DNA from: Candidatus Latescibacterota bacterium
Lineage (GTDB): Bacteria; Latescibacterota; UBA2968; GCA-2709665
Length of the DNA stretch: 64,000 bases
Direction of reading: 5' to 3'
Assembly: GCA_965222075.1 (NCBI GenBank)
Contig: OZ244937.1
Span: forward strand, 5,280,001-5,344,000
Under the pieces are notes generated by a model, which saw nothing but the letters and a program-made list of their open reading frames with translations, searched no databases and had not been told where the DNA came from. A program made the position numbers and the translations under genes. How positions within the stretch are numbered: position 1 is the first letter of the stretch; every line of letters begins with the position of its first letter. Of this stretch, positions 26,972 through 36,141 are shown in pieces.

Positions 26972-29503
26972 ATGCGTATGAGAGCCATTTTAGGCGTAGC
27001 CCTGCTCCTCGCGCCGGGGGCGCTGTGTGCCCCCGCAGAGGCGCAGCAGATGACTGTTGGAGGGACGGCCAATATTGCGCTTCCTCCCCGGCAGTTGACC
27101 CGGGGCAAGCTCTGGCAGAGCTTCATCAACACCGGCGCCGAGGGGGCGCGGCTGGTGGAGATCAACTACGGCGGCCTCTACGCCGACGTGGCCTATCCGG
27201 GCATGATCATCGCCGGCGGAAACGACTACGTCGAACACTACGGGGGGGCCACCGATTGGACGGACTTCCAGACCGATTTGATGACGCATCAGGGCCGGGG
27301 GCACGGGTGGTATATCGCTGCAAAGGTGGACGGCACCCCGGCCGTCAGCTTTGGCGACGCCCTGATCAAGGGCAAGGAGGAGAGCGACGATATCATCGCG
27401 ATGGCGTTCGATCCGACGGTTGACCTGGGGGGCCGCTTTGCGAACTTAGGGAACGAAGTGATCAATCCCAGATCGGGCCGGTCGATGGGCAACTGGTGGC
27501 CCGGCACGACCATCCCTCTGGACGCAAGCGAGCCGAGGGAGATCCTGAACTACAGGATCGGGCAGTATACTGACGCCTCCGTGGACAACTTTCCGGAAGA
27601 TATCATCCTGAGCAAGTGGACGACGAAGACGGGCATCACCGGAAACAAGGCGGCCTACGCCTGGAACCATCCGGACTACGACGACTTTATCATCGTGGAG
27701 TGGGTGTTTGAGAACACCGGGGATACGGACGGGGACCGTGCCGCCGACCTGCCGGGCGGGGGTCACAACTTGGAGAACGTGTTTTTCGCCTTTCACCACC
27801 GCTTTATGACCTCCGGCGCGGGGACCTCCCGGAGCAGCTACGTGGCCTACTACTGGGACTGGGGGCCGTTAGATGGGTGCGTCAGCATCTTTGGGGCTAA
27901 CGTGGACAACGGCCAGGACGACAAGATCAAGTATACCGAGTCGCCCAACTACGATGGTCCGACCGATGCCAGGGGGCTGAAGCTGACCTACCAGTACGAC
28001 TGGGACAACTTCTGCTACACCGGCTCGTTTGCCGACGACGTGGGCGACCCGTTTCGGGTCGGAAACCGATCACGTTCTGTGTCACCGCCTGCGATCACCC
28101 AAGACGGCGACCTCCTGTCGCCGGCCTGGATCGGGTGGACGGAGATCGACGTAGATCCGACGGATGGGTTCATCGGGGATAACGAGGTGTATGTGGCCCC
28201 GGATGTGGTGCAGCAGCCGTTTGCGCACAACCTGTTCCACTTCCAGTATCGGCAGCAAAACGTCCAGGTGCACAGCGACCTGCGGGGGGAGGAACCGAAT
28301 CCGACCGAGATGAGCGACGAGACGATGTACCAGATGCTCACCCGGTCGCCTGACCCATCCTACTTTGAGCCGTTGAACAGCCATGCCGCTGCCACCACGC
28401 GTCCCACCCGGGCGTCGGGCGACCCGAACTTAGGTGTACCCCTGCTGCCGCTGCCCGACAACCCGACCGGGCCGATGCCCTATGTGCCCGACCCCGAGTG
28501 GGAGTGGGTGGGCCGGAACGGGGTCGCTGCGGCGTATACGCCGATGGACACCTACGGGCCTTACGACATGGCGCCGGGCGACAAGGTGAAGTTAGTGTTC
28601 GCCTACGTGGCGGGTGCGCCGGTCACAGAAAACGTCCGGAAGTGGCAGAGGGCGGGGGACAACAGCGAGCTGCGGAAGGAAGAGAACGGGGCGGCGTGGG
28701 CGAACCTGGTCAACCACGTGAAGAGGGCGAAGGAGGCCTACGCCCTCGGCTACGACCTCCCGAACCAGCCGCCCGACGTGGATGTGAAGCTCGAGTCCTC
28801 GACCAACGCTCAGGTCCTGGCCACCTGGAAGGGCGACCTGGAGAAATCGAACAACCCGGATGCGGGCCAGCCCGATGTGGCGGGCTACCGGGTCTACCGG
28901 GCGGAGACGATTCCCGACGAGTGGGTGCTGGCGGGCGACGTCAAGGCGAACGGCTCGGCGACCTACGAGTTTGAGGATCCGCAGTCGCTGGCGGGCTTCC
29001 GGTATTATTACAGCGTGCGGAGCTATCAGGGGAGCGCGAATACGGGATTTGTGAGCCGTGTCACGGGCCAGACCGTGGCGGGGGGGGTGTCTGCGTATGA
29101 ATCGGGGGCGGGCGACCCTTCGACGTTCTACCTTGCCCCCACAGGGATGACGCCGTTCAGTCCGGCGCAGGTGGCCTCGACCGAGGCGGACCGGCTGGAG
29201 AAGGATATCCTGATCGTGCCCAACCCCTACATCGAAGACGGTCTGCACACCTACGAAGCTTCGACCAAGATTCGTATCCTGAACATTCCGAGGAGATGCA
29301 AGATCCGGATCTACAACTTCGCCGGGGATCTGGTGGCGGAGGTGGACCACGACTCGGCGACGGAGGGCGAGGCGGCCTACTTCCAGCTCAACCGGACGGC
29401 CACCTCTCCGTTGATCTTCGGCACCTATCTTGTGGCGGTGGAGTCCCTGATGCCGGAGAGCCGGGGCCAGGTTAAACGTGGTGCCTTCGTCGTTATTCGT
29501 TAA
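26972..29503 (+). CDS. Secreted protein with an FN3-like domain and T9SS-CTD-like tail (1)
   Basis: SPI signal (AEA-Q), no lipobox; DTDGD; DVAGYRVYR; tail IVPNPY...IRIYNFAGDLV...GTY...GAFVVIR. Confidence 0.75.
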   Translation: MRMRAILGVALLLAPGALCAPAEAQQMTVGGTANIALPPRQLTRGKLWQSFINTGAEGARLVEINYGGLYADVAYPGMIIAGGNDYVEHYGGATDWTDFQTDLMTHQGRGHGWYIAAKVDGTPAVSFGDALIKGKEESDDIIAMAFDPTVDLGGRFANLGNEVINPRSGRSMGNWWPGTTIPLDASEPREILNYRIGQYTDASVDNFPEDIILSKWTTKTGITGNKAAYAWNHPDYDDFIIVEWVFENTGDTDGDRAADLPGGGHNLENVFFAFHHRFMTSGAGTSRSSYVAYYWDWGPLDGCVSIFGANVDNGQDDKIKYTESPNYDGPTDARGLKLTYQYDWDNFCYTGSFADDVGDPFRVGNRSRSVSPPAITQDGDLLSPAWIGWTEIDVDPTDGFIGDNEVYVAPDVVQQPFAHNLFHFQYRQQNVQVHSDLRGEEPNPTEMSDETMYQMLTRSPDPSYFEPLNSHAAATTRPTRASGDPNLGVPLLPLPDNPTGPMPYVPDPEWEWVGRNGVAAAYTPMDTYGPYDMAPGDKVKLVFAYVAGAPVTENVRKWQRAGDNSELRKEENGAAWANLVNHVKRAKEAYALGYDLPNQPPDVDVKLESSTNAQVLATWKGDLEKSNNPDAGQPDVAGYRVYRAETIPDEWVLAGDVKANGSATYEFEDPQSLAGFRYYYSVRSYQGSANTGFVSRVTGQTVAGGVSAYESGAGDPSTFYLAPTGMTPFSPAQVASTEADRLEKDILIVPNPYIEDGLHTYEASTKIRILNIPRRCKIRIYNFAGDLVAEVDHDSATEGEAAYFQLNRTATSPLIFGTYLVAVESLMPESRGQVKRGAFVVIR

Positions 29504-29513
29504 GGAGATCGCT

Positions 29514-30506
29514 ATGCGGAGCACCTATTCGATCGGATTAGCGGCGGTGTTTGCCGGACTCGTCCTCTCCGCCCCCCCGGCGCTGGCCGACATCGAGGAC
29601 ACGGGCGGCATCTCGAATCAGACGCCGGTGGGCGAGACCTACGTCACCTTCTTAGAGGTGGTGCAGGGGGCGCGCGGTGCCGGGATGGGCGACGCCTTTG
29701 TGGGCGTGGTGGACGACATCAGCGCCGTGTTCTGGAACCCGGCCGGGCTGACGGCCATGCCGAAGAACCGGCTCCAGTTCACGTTCACCAACACGCAGTG
29801 GTTCGTGGATTCGCAGTTCAACTCCGGGGCCGTGGGCGTGAACACCGATTACGGGTCGTTCGCCTTCAGCGTGGTGACGGTCCAACCGCCTGACATGTTG
29901 GAGACAACGATCCTCCAGCCCGCGGGAACGGGACGCACCATAGATTCCGGGAGCTGGGCGGTCGGCGGGGCCTACGCCAAGCAGTTCACGGACCTGTTCT
30001 CCTTAGGCGTCCAGTTCCGGGTGGTCCAGGAAAGGCTGGACACGGGCTTCGACTTCCGGGTGTTTGACATGGCGATCGGGACGAAGTATTACACCGGCTT
30101 CCGGAACCTCCGGGTGGCCATGTCGATACGAAACTTCGGGAGGGATAAGGTCCTGTTTGACAACGGGAGGATCCGGGGCAAGATGCCCGTCATTTTTAGC
30201 GTCGCAACGGCTGCGGAGGTGATCGGAGAGAAGGAGGACCCGGCCTACCTCACAGGCGCCTTCGAGTACCTCTACTCTGTCAGCGTTGAGAGGCGGCTCC
30301 ATTTCGGGGGAGAACTCTGGCTCCGAAACCTCCTGGCGCTGCGAGGGGGGTACAAGTGGAACTACGACGTGCAGGACTTCACGGCCGGGGCTGGGGTAAA
30401 GCTCCAGCGGGGCGTGCACTACATTCGGGTCGATTTCGGCTGGCAAAACATCAAAAACAATCAGTTTGACCCTCCTCTGAGGTTCTCCGTTACGGGGTCG
30501 TTCTGA
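29514..30506 (+). CDS. PorV/PorQ (UPF0164)-family outer-membrane barrel (1)
   Basis: FL....GARGAGMGDAF..V.DD.SAVFWNPAGL; ET.ILQP.GTG; LALRGGY; terminal F. Confidence 0.85.
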   Translation: MRSTYSIGLAAVFAGLVLSAPPALADIEDTGGISNQTPVGETYVTFLEVVQGARGAGMGDAFVGVVDDISAVFWNPAGLTAMPKNRLQFTFTNTQWFVDSQFNSGAVGVNTDYGSFAFSVVTVQPPDMLETTILQPAGTGRTIDSGSWAVGGAYAKQFTDLFSLGVQFRVVQERLDTGFDFRVFDMAIGTKYYTGFRNLRVAMSIRNFGRDKVLFDNGRIRGKMPVIFSVATAAEVIGEKEDPAYLTGAFEYLYSVSVERRLHFGGELWLRNLLALRGGYKWNYDVQDFTAGAGVKLQRGVHYIRVDFGWQNIKNNQFDPPLRFSVTGSF

Positions 30507-30553
30507 CGTTACGGGTGCGGGAGGGGGGAGTGGTACGCTCTGAGATGAACCCG

Positions 30554-30596
30554 ATAGGCGGCTTTTGTTGATTTCGACAGGCCGCCTATTTACTTA
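30554..30596 (+). terminator. Probable intrinsic terminator of module 1
   Basis: ATAGGCGGC...GCCGCCTAT followed by TTACTT. Confidence 0.65.
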
Positions 30597-30660
30597 TGTT
30601 AATCTTTTAGATGTCGTTTTCCGCAGTTTACCCGTTTCACACCAAAGGAAGTGATGGTAT

Positions 30661-33414
30661 ATGGTCGATCGGATATCGGTTTTGCGATGGACGGTGGGAG
30701 GCGTCCTGTGCGCTGTTGTTTTGGGCCTGTGGACGGGGACAGATCTGGCGGCTGAGCGGTTGTCCCCGGCGGCCATTGATTCGCTTTACAGCCGGGCGAA
30801 ATATCTGGATGCCCGGGGCGTTCGTGCGCTGGCGAGGAGACTGGAAGGCGCCGTACCCTACTACCCCGAGAGTGCGGGCCTGCTGACCCGGATCGGGATG
30901 CTCTATTTGCGGGTGGGAGAGGCCGGCAGCGCGCGCTCGGCGTTTCAGCGGGCGATCGAGAAAGATCCCGGGCGGGCGACTGCACACTGTGGATTGGGGC
31001 GCATCCACCTGGAACTGGAGGACGATCCCAGGGGGGCGCTGCCCCACCTGCAGGCGGCTGTGGCGGCCGATTCCACGTATACCTGGCCCCCCTATTTCCT
31101 GGCACGGGCGCTGGCGCAGATCGGTCAAGGCCACCTGCAAGAAGGAGCGGCCGACAGCGCACGCTCGACGTTCCAACAGGCGGTCGGGTACGATCCGAAG
31201 CTAACTGCTACGCACTTCGGCTTAGGACGCGTCTACTTAGAGCTGGAGGAGGACCCGAAGGGGGCGCTGCCCCACCTGCAGGCGGCTGTGGCGGCCGATT
31301 CCACAAATGCCGACGCGCACTACTTTCTGGCCCGGGCCTACCGGGAGATTGGGCGGCCGGAGGCGAGGAAGGCGGCGGACCGGGCGATCCGGTACGACCC
31401 GATGTATGCGCCGGCTTATCTGCTGCTGGCCCAGTCGTATCAGGAGGAGGACAACCGGCTGGCGATGATGGTCTACTATAAAAAATACCTGGATCTGTTC
31501 CCGAAGGACCAGGAACCGGCGTATGCGTTTGCCCTGGATCTGATGCAGAAGAGGCGGTTCAAGGAGTTGGAAGAGATCACCTCTCTGATGATGGACAGGC
31601 GAGCGCTGCCCCTGCTGGCGCAGGCGCTGATGCGGCGGGGGGACTACGAAGGGGCGGTGCGGGCGTTTGGACACTACGTTGAGACTTTAGATCCGAAGGA
31701 GCAGGAGCTCTACGACGATATTTCGCTGGTGGGGCTGCCCCACGAGGTCGAGGCCTACAAGGCGGCGCCTCCGGAGAAGCGGGAGGCGTTTCTGCGGCAA
31801 TTCTGGCTGCGCCACGATCCGTTCAAGGCCTCCGGAGGGGCCTTGCGCCGTGCAGAGCACTACCGGCGGGTCTGGCACGCCCGGACCTATTACGGGAAGG
31901 TGAAGTCCCCGTGGGATCGCCGCGGAGAGGTCTACACCCGCTACGGGGAGCCCGACTACCGCTCCTCTTCGGAGGATATGAATGCCAAGATCCCCCCCGC
32001 TGTACAGCGCGTACAGGATCAGATGGCCTACGAACTCTACGGCGCGCAGGGGTTGGGAATCACGTTCGTGGGGCCGGTCTTCCCGATTCGGACAGGCGTC
32101 GGAAGCTACAGGGGCCTTCCTGGGGACCTGCGGATAGCAGGGTCCGATCCCGAAGGACCGATATCCGATCCGTTTAGTGCTATCTCTCCCGGGGAACGTC
32201 AATACGAAGCTGATGACATCGCCCCGCAAGAGATCTTCCCCGAGACGGTTGTGAAGCTGGACCCCGAGTTTGTGGTGGGACTGAGCGGGTGGAAGCCGGT
32301 GACCGTCGGAAACAACTGGGCGACAGTGCCCTGGGAGGTGTGGGTGTATGCCGACGTGGGGAAGGGGCTGGAGATCGCTTTTACGGATGAGTACCTTTCC
32401 GGCGTTTACGACTACGCCCCGATCCCCGGTGTGGATGAGCGGGACCTGAAGCGGTTGGATGAAGATCGGTTCGTTGGGGAGACCGCTTACCTGCGCCTGA
32501 TGCAGCGGCTGACGGAGTTGGCCCCCGCGATCCGGGTGGCCAAAGTGGTGCGGGAGGAGCCCGAGCGCTACGACATCTCCGGCTTCGAGCCGCTCGACTT
32601 CTACTACGATGTGGCCTCTTTCCGGGGGCGGAAGGGCCTGACGGAGGTGCAGGTGAACATCGGCATCCCGATCGACCATGTGATCCAGCCGGGGGATACC
32701 GATACCACGGTGGTGGTGGATCGGCGGGTTGCGCTGATCGGCAGCCGGTACACCCATCTGCTGCCGGCGCAGCGAAGCCTGGAGGCGCCGATCTCCGGAC
32801 TCGGCCGGAACCGGGCCCTGCTGGACCGGGTGCTTATGGAGGCTTCTCCGGGGAACTATGAGCTGGCTGTACAGGCGGGGCGCCGGGGCACGCGTCTGCT
32901 CCAATCCTACCTGCAGGACTTGAAGCTCCAGGATTATTCGGGCAAGGACCTGGGACTGAGCGACCTTTTGGTGGCAAAGCGGGTGACCGCAGCAACCGAG
33001 GCCACGTCGGATCCGAGGTTTGTACGGGGGAAGTGGCGCATCACGCCGCTGCCGTCGCACGTCTTCCAGGTTGGGCAGCACGTGTTTGTGTATTCCGAGA
33101 TCTACAACCTGATGCGGGATGAATTCGGGGCCACGCGCTACGAGGTGGCCTACGAGCTCCACGCGACCGGCACGGAAGGGACCGTATTGTCGCCCATCCT
33201 GACGAGGATTCTGGGGCGACAGTCGGAAGCGGCAGTGACGGTCCGCTACGAACAGACGGGCACGGAGGAGTCGGTCTCGGATTATGTGGAGCTGGACATC
33301 GGCAAGGCCGAGTCGAGGCGCTACCGGGTGCGGATGACGGTGAAGGACCTGAACAGCGGGCAGGAGGTGAGCAAGGAAGGGATGTTCTGGGTGGCGACAT
33401 CTGAATCCAGATGA
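30661..33414 (+). CDS. TPR plus GWxTD-like domain protein (1)
   Basis: Signal peptide; TPRs; FWLRHDP...EHYRRVWHA...PWDRRGEVYTRYGEPD; C-terminal beta-sandwich domains. Confidence 0.8.
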   Translation: MVDRISVLRWTVGGVLCAVVLGLWTGTDLAAERLSPAAIDSLYSRAKYLDARGVRALARRLEGAVPYYPESAGLLTRIGMLYLRVGEAGSARSAFQRAIEKDPGRATAHCGLGRIHLELEDDPRGALPHLQAAVAADSTYTWPPYFLARALAQIGQGHLQEGAADSARSTFQQAVGYDPKLTATHFGLGRVYLELEEDPKGALPHLQAAVAADSTNADAHYFLARAYREIGRPEARKAADRAIRYDPMYAPAYLLLAQSYQEEDNRLAMMVYYKKYLDLFPKDQEPAYAFALDLMQKRRFKELEEITSLMMDRRALPLLAQALMRRGDYEGAVRAFGHYVETLDPKEQELYDDISLVGLPHEVEAYKAAPPEKREAFLRQFWLRHDPFKASGGALRRAEHYRRVWHARTYYGKVKSPWDRRGEVYTRYGEPDYRSSSEDMNAKIPPAVQRVQDQMAYELYGAQGLGITFVGPVFPIRTGVGSYRGLPGDLRIAGSDPEGPISDPFSAISPGERQYEADDIAPQEIFPETVVKLDPEFVVGLSGWKPVTVGNNWATVPWEVWVYADVGKGLEIAFTDEYLSGVYDYAPIPGVDERDLKRLDEDRFVGETAYLRLMQRLTELAPAIRVAKVVREEPERYDISGFEPLDFYYDVASFRGRKGLTEVQVNIGIPIDHVIQPGDTDTTVVVDRRVALIGSRYTHLLPAQRSLEAPISGLGRNRALLDRVLMEASPGNYELAVQAGRRGTRLLQSYLQDLKLQDYSGKDLGLSDLLVAKRVTAATEATSDPRFVRGKWRITPLPSHVFQVGQHVFVYSEIYNLMRDEFGATRYEVAYELHATGTEGTVLSPILTRILGRQSEAAVTVRYEQTGTEESVSDYVELDIGKAESRRYRVRMTVKDLNSGQEVSKEGMFWVATSESR

Positions 33415-33626
33415 GGAAAAACGCCCGGTTTCTGACGAATGAGGGGCTGCCGCTGCCGAGGGTCCGGAATGGCGAAATAAAGGACAAGAACTGGCACCGG
33501 TACGGATGTCCGGCCGGGAACTACGCGGCGGAGGGGCTCTACAGGGCGCTGGAGTGGAGCGTGTTGACGATGGACATAGAGGTGGGGACATCCTACAGAG
33601 TAGAGGGAACCTATGGGCCGTGCTGA
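33411..33626 (+). pseudogene. Internally deleted 3' remnant of a paralog of 61515-63335
   Basis: GNYAAEGLYRALE|WSVLTMDIEVGTSYRVEGTYGPC matches two separated parts of the intact gene. Confidence 0.8.
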
Positions 33627-35643
33627 TGACCACCCTGTTGTCCCCTCAACTGGCCAGCCCATCGCCTCTCCTAAGATCCAGCCCTCCTGCGCGGTTACCC
33701 CCCGCGCCCTCGTCATCGGCCTCCTGCTGGTCATCGCGATCGATTTCTGGAATATCTATACCGAAACGGTCGCCCGCGGCTCACGGATCAATTTGACCCA
33801 GTTTCCCGTCTCCCTTGTCGCGCCCTTCGTGCTCCTTGCCCTCGTTCTCAACCCCGGCCTGGCCGCTCTGCGCCGGAGGTGGACACTCACCCGCGCCGAG
33901 TTGCTCGTCATTCTGGGCGTGGGTCTGGTCGGCGCTGTCATCCCTTCCTACGGCATGACCAGCATCCTCCTCGGCATGCTGGCCACCCCCTTCTACCACG
34001 CCTCTCCGGAGAACCAGTGGGACCTCTACTTCTTAGATCATATCCCGCCCTGGCTGGCCCCCCGAGATACCGGCTTTGCCCTCACCTACCTGTTCGAGGG
34101 ACTCCCCCCCGGGGCCGCCATCCCCTGGGGCGCCTGGCTGGTCCCCCTGTTCTGGTGGGGCAGCTTGATCGCCGCGGTGGTGGCCTTTAGCTTCGGGATC
34201 GCGGTGATCCTCCACCGCCAGTGGGCCGAACACGAGCGCCTCGTCTATCCGCTTCTGAGGCCTGCTATCGCCCTCACCGAGCGGCCCCAGCCCGGTACCT
34301 TCTGGGCCGACATCGTGCGGACCCGCCTCTTCTGGGCCGGCTTCGCCCTCGCCTTCGGATTCAGCGGCTGGCTCTACTTCTCCTCTATCTTTTCAATGGT
34401 CCCTTCCCTTCCCCGCATCCTGTGGCCGGGCCAGTGGTTCTACCTCGACCGATACATGCCTCCGCTCTGGACCAGGCTCAACCTCTACACGTTCGGCTTC
34501 GGCTATTTCGTCAACCAGGATGTCCTCCTTAGCTTCTGGGTCTTCAACCTGCTCCTGACTGCAGAGGTCGGGCTGTTTCAACGGGTGGGCTACCAGATCA
34601 GCGGCGAGGCCGGCGTCTTAGGCTACATCGGCGCAAGCGGCATCTGGGGCAGCGCCGTGATGGCCTGGCAGTGCTTCGGCGCCCTGACTGTGCTGGTGCT
34701 TTGGGGTTTCTACGTGGCCCGGCGACACCTGACCGACGTGGTCCTCAAGGCCCTCCGACCCAGCCACTCCATTGACGACACGGGTGAATTGCTCTCCTAT
34801 CGGGCCGCTGTCTGCTGCACCATCGGGGGCCTGGCCTACACGTTCTTCTGGTTTCACGCTGCCGGCCTGGAACTCCGGATGCTCCTTCCCTTTCTGTTTG
34901 CCCTCCTCATTGTCTACGTCGGCCTGTCGCGCTTCGTGGCCGATGCCGGGGTCCTTTACGCCTACAGCCCCATGAGCCCCCAGGAGTTCATGGTGCGGAT
35001 CAGCGGCACCGCCTCCATCTCCGCCTCCAGTATGACGCTTCTCACCTACTCCTTTGTCCTCCGCGCCAACGCGCGGGGGTTCCTCCTGCCCGCGCTGGCC
35101 CAGGTGGTCCGCCTGGGCGACCTGATCCGGGGGCAGGGACGACGGCTCTTCGCCGCGATCGCCCTTGCCATCTTCGTCGCTTTTATCACCTCGATTCTCA
35201 TGACCCTGTACATGGGCTACACCTACGGCGGTTCCAATTTCCGCGACCTTCCCTTAAGATACTACCCACCCTTGCTTTTCGACCGGACGCTGAGTCTCAT
35301 CAAGAGCTACGTTGAGACCGACCCGGAGCGCCTGATGTTCTTCGCCATCGGCGGAGGGGTTATGGCCCTCCTCACCTACCTGCGCTACCACCTTCCCCGG
35401 TGGCCTCTGCATCCCATCGGTCTCCCCATTGCCGGCACCAGTGCCCGAAGCTCGATTGTGAGCATCGTCCTGATCTGGGGCATCAAGTCGATCCTCCTGC
35501 GGATCGGCGGCGTGGGCCTCTACCGCGAGGGCATCCCATTTTTCACAGGCATCATCGTGGGCCACGCCGTCGTTGCCCTCCTCGGCCATCTGGCCGATCA
35601 GGTCTGGTTTCCCGGCCAGGGGCATTATATTCACGGATGGTGA
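33613..35643 (+). CDS. DUF6785/DUF6784-like polytopic membrane protein (1)
   Basis: Many TM helices; YHASPENQW; AIPWGAWLVPLFWW; RQWAEHERLVYPL; WPLHPIG. Confidence 0.8.
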   Translation: MGRADDHPVVPSTGQPIASPKIQPSCAVTPRALVIGLLLVIAIDFWNIYTETVARGSRINLTQFPVSLVAPFVLLALVLNPGLAALRRRWTLTRAELLVILGVGLVGAVIPSYGMTSILLGMLATPFYHASPENQWDLYFLDHIPPWLAPRDTGFALTYLFEGLPPGAAIPWGAWLVPLFWWGSLIAAVVAFSFGIAVILHRQWAEHERLVYPLLRPAIALTERPQPGTFWADIVRTRLFWAGFALAFGFSGWLYFSSIFSMVPSLPRILWPGQWFYLDRYMPPLWTRLNLYTFGFGYFVNQDVLLSFWVFNLLLTAEVGLFQRVGYQISGEAGVLGYIGASGIWGSAVMAWQCFGALTVLVLWGFYVARRHLTDVVLKALRPSHSIDDTGELLSYRAAVCCTIGGLAYTFFWFHAAGLELRMLLPFLFALLIVYVGLSRFVADAGVLYAYSPMSPQEFMVRISGTASISASSMTLLTYSFVLRANARGFLLPALAQVVRLGDLIRGQGRRLFAAIALAIFVAFITSILMTLYMGYTYGGSNFRDLPLRYYPPLLFDRTLSLIKSYVETDPERLMFFAIGGGVMALLTYLRYHLPRWPLHPIGLPIAGTSARSSIVSIVLIWGIKSILLRIGGVGLYREGIPFFTGIIVGHAVVALLGHLADQVWFPGQGHYIHGW

Positions 35644-35694
35644 GAACTGTAAAGCGAGGATTCCGTTTCAGAGTTGCCAGCAGGGTAGTGTGGG

Positions 35695-35934
35695 ATGTAT
35701 ATTGAGAAGGATTTTCCAGCCCACACGGGTGAGGAGCGGTATGCGGAGGCTGCGAAGGTCATCGTGGCGTCGTTTGCCGAAGGCCCCGACCCGCTGGCGG
35801 CCAGGGCCCCGGTAGGGGTGAAGCACGGCTATCAGGCCGTTGTGAGCACCGGCAACAGTATCAGTATTCTCTGGCGGGATAACCTGCGATTCTTCTGGTA
35901 CGCGGATAAGGCCGGGCTGCTGCGGGACTTCTGA
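35695..35934 (+). pseudogene. Deleted 3' remnant of a paralog of 36142-38430
   Basis: TGEERYAEAAKVIV and WRDNLRFFWYADKAGLLRDF versus TGDERYLEGCRKIV and YRGNFRFLYWADRAGLLKDL. Confidence 0.7.
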
Positions 35935-36141
35935 TGAACCATCGCAAACTGTCATAAAGAGGTTACACAGGAAGGGGGATGGGCATGCGTGAGCTCAAGC
36001 TCGAATTTTGAGCAAGGGCTATACCGAACCAGTTTCGGGGTGCCGGCGTTTGCTTACGGAAAAGTGGTGAAATGAACGACCCTAACTACAAGAGGTTCTT
36101 ACGCGGGTAATGTCTTAGTCCAAACATAAGGAGAGGTTTCA

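Noticed and set aside
26972-29503. SusD lipoprotein
   Set aside because: No lipobox Cys or SusD motifs; it has an FN3-like domain and a CTD-like tail instead
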